In this document: one piece after another, positions 56,624 through 64,000 of the stretch
Layout of the letters: the number at the start of each line of letters is the position of its first letter
Numbering within the stretch: position 1 is the first letter of the stretch
Assembly: GCA_051313645.2 (NCBI GenBank)
Contig: JBNRSN020000013.1
Span: 3,906,001-3,970,000, forward strand
Length of the DNA stretch: 64,000 nucleotides
Origin: Centroscyllium fabricii
Taxonomy: Eukaryota
Direction: 5' to 3'
Program-made: the position numbers and the translations under genes
The notes under the pieces: generated by a model
Database searches by the model: none
The model's input: only the letters and a program-made list of their open reading frames with translations
What the model was told of the DNA's origin: nothing

Positions 56624-59600
56624 TTACGACAAGAATCTCTCAGCACAATCTGAAACACGTGGAGAAGGATCGGTGAGTCTGTCGAGTTGAGTTGGATCGT
56701 CACGCTGGATCCTTAAACAGCAGAGTTTCTCTATCCATGTCCTCCTCCGGGCAGGAATCTGAGAAAGGACGACTGATAAGAAGACCGCATCCCCTCGGAG
56801 ACGAGGCCCCATGTGTAGGAAGGACGTGCAGCACTTTTTATACGAGTTGATGCTCCTGGGGAAATCTTTGATGAGCTGTAACGAAAGGACGTTCAAAAAT
56901 GTCTCATACTTCAGGCTGCCTTCCCGTGAATAATCCTGAATTATTCCACAAACCCTCGTTGAGCCGATATATGGGGCGACCGAGCACAATGTTAAAAGAC
57001 AGGCCCTCTGGACCTCCTCACTTTCTTCGTCCAGGTGTAGCAACAAACTGACCAGGTTCAGGTGGATCTCTTCCATAAAGGAAGCCCTTGAATGTTCATG
57101 TCCACATTTGGCCAAAGTGCCAAACACAGTAAATGCGGCAGCACGAACCTGAGTGGATTTGAACTCAAAGCAACATCGAATTCCTTTTGCGATATCAATA
57201 CAAAAGGGTCTGATAGCATTGATACTCAGCTGGTCCAAGTGCTTTGCGAGAGTTGATGTCACTTCAATCATGAATTCCTCCTCGTGGTACTCCTTGTTCT
57301 GCAGTATGTTACTCATTGCAGCCAACAGGTCTGAGGCATGTCTCTCCATCACTCCAGGAACTCCAATTGGAATATTCCCCAGGCCTCGAACACAGAGCAA
57401 CCTGACAGCCAGAGTCAAATCAAGTAGACCTGTGAGCAAACTATTCACCAGGATGTTAGTGAGCTGTGCATGGGAGGTCAATGAACATTTTAAAAGTTCA
57501 GCAAAGAAGGCAGCCACAGTGACTTTCTGGCCCTCCTGTGCAGTTGACAGGACAGATGCAAGATCCACCACAATCCCAGTCAGCTGGTGCTCATTGAATA
57601 AGCTCATCGCTCTAGCGAGCAGAGCCATCCCCTTGTGGTAGGTGTGCGGGTCCAACATCAAATCCCAGCCTCCCTTCTCCTGGACAAAATCTACAACCAC
57701 TTCATTGTGCGCTCTATTCAGCATGGCCCTGAGTGTCTTCACTGAGCACAGGCAAAGCTCTCGGCTTTTGCACACTGGTGTTGCTGATCGATTTTCTGAC
57801 CGCTCCAATTCACAGCAAGGAATAAAGTCAAAAGGCAAATTCATGTAGATACAAGAACTGAGATGATTTAATAAAGCAGCGAATAGCTCTGAATACAAGG
57901 TGTTAACAGCCTCTGCAGACTCTGGCTCTGAGACCATCTCGTACAGAGCGCTTATAACAGCCAGAGGATCAGGGCTCTCATCCTCTGTCACTGAATGGCT
58001 CCTTTCATTCAATGGCACTGATCTGTTCATGTATTGCATCAGTTGTTTCAATAATGAAAAAGCCAGTTGGGTCTTCTTTGCTACTGAGTGCCAGATGGCA
58101 ATGGTGCGCTCGTCCACGGGGAACCTGAGGAGACAACGCACAACAGCTGGCAGGTGCTGGGAAGTGAGGAGAGTGAAGGTTTCTAGCACAGTCAGTGTCA
58201 CTTCCTTTTGCGTGATTGCCGGCATTTGAAGGTGCAGCCCCTCGAGGGTCTCTGCGAGCTGATCCTCCAGCTCAGAGCCACGTCTCATAACGACAGCTTT
58301 CATTATAATAGCAGCTGTATTGGAACAGCTGGGGTGGTGGTCAACCAGTCCTTTGAAGAGCATAAAGAGCAGGTTGGCCAGCTGGTCCTGGGGCACGTGC
58401 TTGGAAATGAGATCTGCGAGCTCGGAGCACCCTTGAAAGAGGACTGTGGTGTCTGTGCTCGCCAATCGTTGGCCAATTCCTTTCAGAACCTGTTCCTGCT
58501 CCGTTTGCTCATCCAGATTCAAACCTTCATAACATGCCTGGATCTTCAGTAGGATGTGCAAACTGTCCATTGCCCTCTGCCGTATGGGGAGCAAGGGGTC
58601 AACACATCGTGGCAGCAGCTGACCAACTACAGCCCCCAAGTCAATCGGTTCCATTATAGTTTCTACATTAAGCTCCTGCCAATAGAATGTCAGCAGCTTA
58701 GAGGTCACATCTACTGCTCGCTCTCTTTCATAACCCCGTGGTGATATCATCCACTTCTCCAAATATTTGCGTATTGTCTGGAGACCCTCAGGGGAAAAGT
58801 TCTGGAGCAAAACTTGTTTGAGGAGACTGTATAGAGCAGCCATACTTTCTGTGTAAAGAGTCTCTCCTCCTCCTGGGTTAACAAGTGTCCCATCCTGAGC
58901 CTGGTTGGGGTCCACAGGAACCAAACTGAAAATACTCCTCAAGCAGCTTTGAATTAACTGGCAGTTATCAGCTTCATTTAACCGTGGGTTGAGTTGGACA
59001 AGATGAAGGCAGGCATTCATTGCCAACTGCCGAATAGGAGTCTGCAGCAGCTCTGTTTGCTCAGCCTCGATAAGTTGTTGCATGTACTTCAGTAGCTCAC
59101 TTTTTCTGCTGAAATTCAAGGGGAATGTCCGACTGCTGGACTGCACTGCTCTGGCTATCAGAGTCACGGTCTTCATCAGGCTCAAGGTCAGAGTCAAGTC
59201 CATGGATTCTTCCTTCACCCCCTGTCCAAGCTGGCTGAGTTGGTCACTTAACACTGGCAGAATGTGGTTCTCTATTCGGGATAAACAAAGGTCCGGTGGA
59301 GCATTGATTGCCAGATACCCATAGCTAAGAACCAATGTGCTCTTAACATCATCCACCTCAAGATCAGACTCATCCTTACGAACACGGAGGAAAGTTCTGG
59401 ACTTCTTCAGGAGGTTTAAGTTATTATAATCCACGAGGCTGCTAAAGGTGGTTTCAAAGTTAATGATAGAACAGAAACCAATTCCAACAGCCACACCCTC
59501 TCTCTCAACAGTCTCCCTGTGCTGAGCACTCTGGAGCATTTGTTCAATCTCCTTCTTTATGTCTGCGCTCTCTGAGTGATGTAGCACCATCCCAAGGCAT

Positions 59601-61558
59601 TTATACAGAAACCCCTTTTGTTGTGGATAACTGTGGGAGATTTTGATCTGTTGGTTTATCTCATCAATCAACTGGCATGTCCACTGCTCGTCCTCAATTG
59701 TTTTCAGAGTTTCGGACAAAAGCAGGATCAGTTTCTCCTCCCATTCTTGCTGGGGCAGGGTCTTCTCGGAACTCTCCACCAACTTATTAACTAACAATGG
59801 AATCTCCTCCTCCCACAGCTTCACTATTGCTGCTTGAATATTCAGGCTCACAGCCTGTAGTAGCCTCAGTGCAGCAGCACCGCGGCCTTCTCCCTCATAG
59901 GGACAACAAGCTGCAATCAGAAGCCGTGTCAGCAGTGCCTGAGGTGTCGGGAGATTTGCAATTTCTTTATAAAGGAGGAAATACTTCTCATCTCCCGCTT
60001 GCAGCTTCTTCTTTGCAAGTCGTGTTAAACACTGAGAGAGCATTGTTAGCCCTTTGCTGTAGTGAGTCAAGGGAATGAAGTGTAGTAGGAATGGCCAGAG
60101 TACATCCTCCATACTCTCCAGAGCTGTCAGAGTCAACATCATGACTTCACATATTGGACTCAAGTCTTCATGGGTAATCTGATTTCCATCATTATCCAGT
60201 GGGATTTGGTTCCCTGAGTCTGTGGAAAGAACATACTGTTTCAGGATAAACTCCACCATTATTCTTCCTCCCTCAAGATCTAGGTAACCTTCGTGGGCCA
60301 TGGCACCAATTGTCTCGACAATCAGCTTCTTGACATTGTTGTTGTTGTCTAGAAGCGTTAGTTTCAAACCAGCCACAATTTCAGCCTTCCTCCTTTCCAG
60401 CTGTGAAGGGACAACACTGATAAGGTGCTTGAGGACACTTAGTGTTCCCAGTCTAGTTTGTGGATTGTTGGATTCCAGCTGGGGGAGAAGGAATTCCAGG
60501 AGTGAGTCGGCTTGATCTTGGGCCAGAACAGTGTAACAGCCAAGGATCTGATTGCGATTCTCTGCAGCGAGCCGGTTATCGCAATCCACTGGAATACAAA
60601 ACGATTCGTGCAAGTTGCTAAGCAGATCCTCCATCTGTGTTCTCAGACTTTTGCTTCCCATATTGACAGCAGTAGCTACAATCTGACACAGACTATGGGT
60701 GATAGCAAAGTGTTGGGATTGAAATTTGTACAGAGCCAGGATTTCAGGAATTAATCTTGGCAGTTCTACCTCTAGGTTGTCTTTGGGCATCAAGGTGGTG
60801 GAGTAGCCCAAAGCTTCCACTATTGTGATATTTAATGGAGACTCCTCCTTCTCAAGCCACTTATTGAAAAGCAAATCATAAGCAATGTTCATCTCATTGG
60901 CGAAGGATTCTTTATTCACTGTTGTCTCTGGGCACTTCTCTACATCATCCACGTAGAGTAGGATATTCTTGCTAAAAGCGCCCAGTGCTGCGGCAAACAC
61001 TGATTTATGGTAGTCTAGCTTGACCTTCATCAGTACTGGAATCATAATTTCCAGGATGGACTTTATTAAAGGTACCATCTCATGGACATAGGCTGATGAC
61101 AGCCTTATCAGTGTTTTGACCATGTAAACATGGGATGGATACCCTTTCTTCATATCTTCCAGTGTAACTGCCAGCACTTTTTGTAAAAATCCTAAGCCGA
61201 TGGAAACCAGGAGGTTACATGCAGCTTCCTGGCTTAGTTTATGTGCCTCAATCAACGTGGTCGCTCTGAGGGAAGCCATAACGATAAGAGAGTCAGCCAC
61301 ATGGTGTCGAATGAATCTGACTTTATCTTCGACGATCATCTCCATGGTGTTCAGAATGATTGTGCTCTCTTCATCTGGGAGCCAGACACGTCGCCAGAGG
61401 TAGTGACGGCAAGTGAGGAGGACATATTCTGGCCACTGCTGGCCCAGTATATATATAGTCTGGGATATTTCTCGTCGAGTGTTGTCATCATCATCGACCA
61501 GTCTTTTTAACAGAGCCTTCAACAAAGTGTACATTTTTCGACCTGGTTCTTGCACCAT
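56624..61558 (-). CDS. MROH1: Maestro HEAT-like repeat protein (MROH1-like), about 1644 aa, single coding exon
   Basis: Uninterrupted 4.9-kb frame. The ATG at 61558 is in strong Kozak context (AGAATGG). N-terminus, motifs (LWPFLL, LLPRCVDP, LCVRGLGN, LLLHL, DPSPRV) and length match my recollection of vertebrate MROH1; orthology is untested. Confidence 0.85.
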   Translation of the reverse strand: MVQEPGRKMYTLLKALLKRLVDDDDNTRREISQTIYILGQQWPEYVLLTCRHYLWRRVWLPDEESTIILNTMEMIVEDKVRFIRHHVADSLIVMASLRATTLIEAHKLSQEAACNLLVSIGLGFLQKVLAVTLEDMKKGYPSHVYMVKTLIRLSSAYVHEMVPLIKSILEIMIPVLMKVKLDYHKSVFAAALGAFSKNILLYVDDVEKCPETTVNKESFANEMNIAYDLLFNKWLEKEESPLNITIVEALGYSTTLMPKDNLEVELPRLIPEILALYKFQSQHFAITHSLCQIVATAVNMGSKSLRTQMEDLLSNLHESFCIPVDCDNRLAAENRNQILGCYTVLAQDQADSLLEFLLPQLESNNPQTRLGTLSVLKHLISVVPSQLERRKAEIVAGLKLTLLDNNNNVKKLIVETIGAMAHEGYLDLEGGRIMVEFILKQYVLSTDSGNQIPLDNDGNQITHEDLSPICEVMMLTLTALESMEDVLWPFLLHFIPLTHYSKGLTMLSQCLTRLAKKKLQAGDEKYFLLYKEIANLPTPQALLTRLLIAACCPYEGEGRGAAALRLLQAVSLNIQAAIVKLWEEEIPLLVNKLVESSEKTLPQQEWEEKLILLLSETLKTIEDEQWTCQLIDEINQQIKISHSYPQQKGFLYKCLGMVLHHSESADIKKEIEQMLQSAQHRETVEREGVAVGIGFCSIINFETTFSSLVDYNNLNLLKKSRTFLRVRKDESDLEVDDVKSTLVLSYGYLAINAPPDLCLSRIENHILPVLSDQLSQLGQGVKEESMDLTLTLSLMKTVTLIARAVQSSSRTFPLNFSRKSELLKYMQQLIEAEQTELLQTPIRQLAMNACLHLVQLNPRLNEADNCQLIQSCLRSIFSLVPVDPNQAQDGTLVNPGGGETLYTESMAALYSLLKQVLLQNFSPEGLQTIRKYLEKWMISPRGYERERAVDVTSKLLTFYWQELNVETIMEPIDLGAVVGQLLPRCVDPLLPIRQRAMDSLHILLKIQACYEGLNLDEQTEQEQVLKGIGQRLASTDTTVLFQGCSELADLISKHVPQDQLANLLFMLFKGLVDHHPSCSNTAAIIMKAVVMRRGSELEDQLAETLEGLHLQMPAITQKEVTLTVLETFTLLTSQHLPAVVRCLLRFPVDERTIAIWHSVAKKTQLAFSLLKQLMQYMNRSVPLNERSHSVTEDESPDPLAVISALYEMVSEPESAEAVNTLYSELFAALLNHLSSCIYMNLPFDFIPCCELERSENRSATPVCKSRELCLCSVKTLRAMLNRAHNEVVVDFVQEKGGWDLMLDPHTYHKGMALLARAMSLFNEHQLTGIVVDLASVLSTAQEGQKVTVAAFFAELLKCSLTSHAQLTNILVNSLLTGLLDLTLAVRLLCVRGLGNIPIGVPGVMERHASDLLAAMSNILQNKEYHEEEFMIEVTSTLAKHLDQLSINAIRPFCIDIAKGIRCCFEFKSTQVRAAAFTVFGTLAKCGHEHSRASFMEEIHLNLVSLLLHLDEESEEVQRACLLTLCSVAPYIGSTRVCGIIQDYSREGSLKYETFLNVLSLQLIKDFPRSINSYKKCCTSFLHMGPRLRGDAVFLSVVLSQIPARRRTWIEKLCCLRIQRDDPTQLDRLTDPSPRVSDCAERFLS

Positions 61559-61599
61559 TCTTGGGTTCTCGGTAGATTTGTCTGCAATTTGTAATCTCA

Positions 61600-61870
61600 C
61601 TAGAGCAGGGGTATAAGGACAGAAGAAAAGACCATTTGATGCATTGACTTTAGCTCCAGAAAACCAGCTCCCCCAGCCTAGCAACTGTATGGTGAACTCC
61701 TCCAATATCCTGAATTCATCCCCTTACCTCTGGATCATTCCAAATGGTGATCACTGAGTTAGAAATGCACTTTTCATTCATTTTAATGAGGTCTCTTTTT
61801 CTTCACGTGGCATGACAGGACTCAGTGTAATATGTAGGGTTCACCTTCTCTGTGCCAATGATTGGCTTTC
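61600..61870 (-). promoter_or_regulatory. Predicted 5'UTR intron (61727-61600) and upstream promoter motifs of the MROH1-like gene
   Basis: Donor GAG|GTAAGG; acceptor CTTTTCTTCTGTCCTTATACCCCTGCTCTAG|; E-box CACGTG near 61804; palindromic GCCAATGATTGGC near 61854-61866. Confidence 0.55.
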
Positions 61871-62074
61871 TTTTCTATCAATGTTTTGCATCAGTTACAA
61901 AGTCTGGTGTGTGATGGACGTGTACTAGACCCAAGGTGTCTTTCTGTGTAGTGGTGGACATCTCATGAGATGACATGTTGGGTGAGGTGGGGTAATGGTG
62001 GAGGTGGTGTGACTGAAGGTGTTGATGTCGTACAGCAAGTAGTTTCTGAATGAAGTGAGAGATTGAATTTGTGT

Positions 62075-62550
62075 AGGTGTGAGATTGAAGATGGTCAGTG
62101 ATGGGGAATGTGGTGTGTCTGAGAGTACGGGAGCGGTGTGTGAGATTGGAGATGGTCAGTGATGGGGAATGTGGTTTGTCTGAGAGTATGGGTGTGGTAA
62201 CCCATATTGTATATACGATTACCACTGTAATATTGTCGCCAACATTGGCTTTGTATGATACACCGCTTTGCAAAACTGTCGTGGAGCCAGGTCAGCCACA
62301 CCTCTAACTCCTCCTCCAGGTGAGGCCTTTATAGGTGAGGACTGACCGGGGCTCCCTCATTCTGTTCTGATGTTCGTTCGGAGGGTAGCTCCAAAGTAAG
62401 TTAATAAAAGCCTATAGTTAAGGTCACTACTCGTGTAGTCTTTTATTAAGACAATTGACGATACGTCAATGGGAGTGGTGTGTGAGATTGGAGATGGTGA
62501 GTGATGGGGAATGTGGTTTGTCTGAGAGTACGGGAGTGGTGTGCGATTGC
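62075..62550. repeat. Tandem repeat of about 60 bp, interrupted by a solo LTR
   Basis: Repeated GTGTGAGATTGGAGATGGTCAGTGATGGGGAATGTGGT.TGTCTGAGAGTA.GGGAG. Confidence 0.85.
62193..62468 (+). mobile_element. Solo LTR, C-like family
   Basis: TGTGGTAACC...GATACGTCA, 276 bp, TSD ATGGG. Confidence 0.95.
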
Positions 62551-63045
62551 AGATTCTCCAATATGAGTGGTATTTAGGCCCCAGCCCACCAGTTTTTCTG
62601 GTTCTCCATTGATGTACCCAGTGGAAATTGAGGTAAGGTGGCCTGGTCTGTCACCTACAGCCAATATAGTGGACGACACACACCCTGTTAGAATTGTGCA
62701 CATGCTTCCTGCCCAACATTTTGGGGACTTAGGGGGCTATGTAGTGCCTGAAAAACATGGGCCATGCATCCCAATTTCAAGAACAAAATCACCTAGTATA
62801 AATAGTTAAGAACTTTGATCTCCTAGATCCCCTGTGATCCTGAATTTAAACACCCCTATCCCTGTGCTCCAGGACCCCCATTTCTCCTGAAATTAGACAG
62901 CCCTGCTCGCGCTGCTGGAAGCTAGGACCTTCTCTCACTGCTCCCAACCCTTAGAGTTTTCAGACCCTCCCCAGCCTCTCCAGACCCTCCCCAGTGCCTC
63001 CAGCCCCTCCTCAATGCCTCCAGCCCCTCCCCAGCCCCTCCCCAA

Positions 63046-63690
63046 TAGAAACATAGAAACATAGAAAATAGGTGCAGGAGTAGACCATTCGGTCCTTCGA
63101 GCCTGCACCGCCATTTAATGCGTTCATGGCTGAACATGTTACCTCAGTACCCCATTCCTGCTTTCTCGCCATACCCCTTGATCCCCCTGGTTGTGAGTAT
63201 TATATCTAACTCCCTTTTGAATATATTTAGCGAACTGGCCTCAACAACCTTCTGTGGCAGAGAATTCCACAGATTCACCACTCTCTGGGTGAAGAAGTTC
63301 CTCCTCATCTCAGTCTTAAATGGCCTCCCCTTTATCCTTAGACTGTGACCCCTGGTTCTAGTCTTCCCTAACATTGGAAACATTCTGCCCGCATCTAACT
63401 TGTCTAAACCAGTCAGGATTTTAAACGTCTCTATAAGATCCCCCCTCATTCTTCTGAACTCCAGAGGATACAAGTTCAGTTGATCCAGTCTTTCTTGATA
63501 TGTCAGTCCGGCCATCCCAGGAATCAATCTAGTGAACCTTCGCTGCACTCCCTCAATAGCAAGAATGTCCTTCCTCAGGTTAGGAGACCAAAACTGCACA
63601 CAATACTGCAGGTGTGGCCTCACCAAGGCCCTGTACAACTGTAGCATCACCTCCCTACTCCTGTACTCAAATCCCCTTGCTATAAAAGGG
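63046..63690 (-). mobile_element. Young 5'-truncated CR1 3' end
   Basis: Open frame LVRPHLQYCVQFWSP...RRMRGDLIETFK...FFTQRVVNLWNSLP; (TTCTATGT)n tail. Confidence 0.93.
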
Positions 63691-64000
63691 ACTGTGCACA
63701 AAAAAATATTCGAGGGAACATTGCTGCACAAATAAAATGAATTGTGTTCACCACAGCTGCCATTAAAATTCATTCTAGCATTTATTGTATAAAGAACCCT
63801 CCATGTCGTTTCTACACTTAATATAAATAACAACAACACTTATTAACAGGCTAACCAACATGATGCAGGTTCAGGAGTCACTTTGAAAAGTGCTCTGTTT
63901 ATTCCAAATGGTCTCAATTCATTTTTGTAGTGGAAAATGAGAGATCGACTCTGCTTCCACTGGCAATTATAACCATGTTATAAGGCACAATCAAGGATCA

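Noticed and set aside
61559-61705. 49-aa N-terminal extension of the 1693-aa ORF call
   Set aside because: It starts at TTG and lies largely in the predicted 5'UTR intron; MROH1 similarity begins at the ATG at 61558.
62075-62550. Regular repeats as a CRISPR-like array (also 1645-1900)
   Set aside because: Head-to-tail units with no unique spacers, no cas genes, eukaryotic context.

Overview
Eukaryotic, repeat-dense window, most likely from a cartilaginous fish (inferred from HE1-like V-SINEs, a Deu-domain SINE, CR1 LINEs, Penelope-type pseudo-LTRs and a GPR139-like receptor fragment). It opens with a near-intact two-gene Harbinger transposon. It then holds a triple-nested Ty3/Gypsy complex (10194-23828), two more two-LTR Gypsy proviruses plus a 437-bp deleted remnant, four solo LTRs, a class I ERV remnant, a Tx1 3' end, many CR1 fragments and MITEs. 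It also holds a CpG-rich promoter (about 43240-43720) and one intact host-type gene: an MROH1-like ORF of about 1644 aa with no coding introns and a predicted 5'UTR intron. Two observations stand out. (1) Three related Gypsy elements have no tRNA primer-binding site. The 13-15 nt just after the 5' LTR are instead the exact reverse complement of the AATAAA-containing segment of their own LTR, with compensatory changes between elements (candidate self-priming or poly(A)-signal switch). All three also have YLDN instead of YXDD in RT. (2) Two Penelope-derived inverted repeats near the promoter carry dense, strand-specific A-to-G changes in both arms, resembling genomic fossils of ADAR-hyperedited hairpin RNA. 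All alignments and counts were done by eye and no database searches were run.
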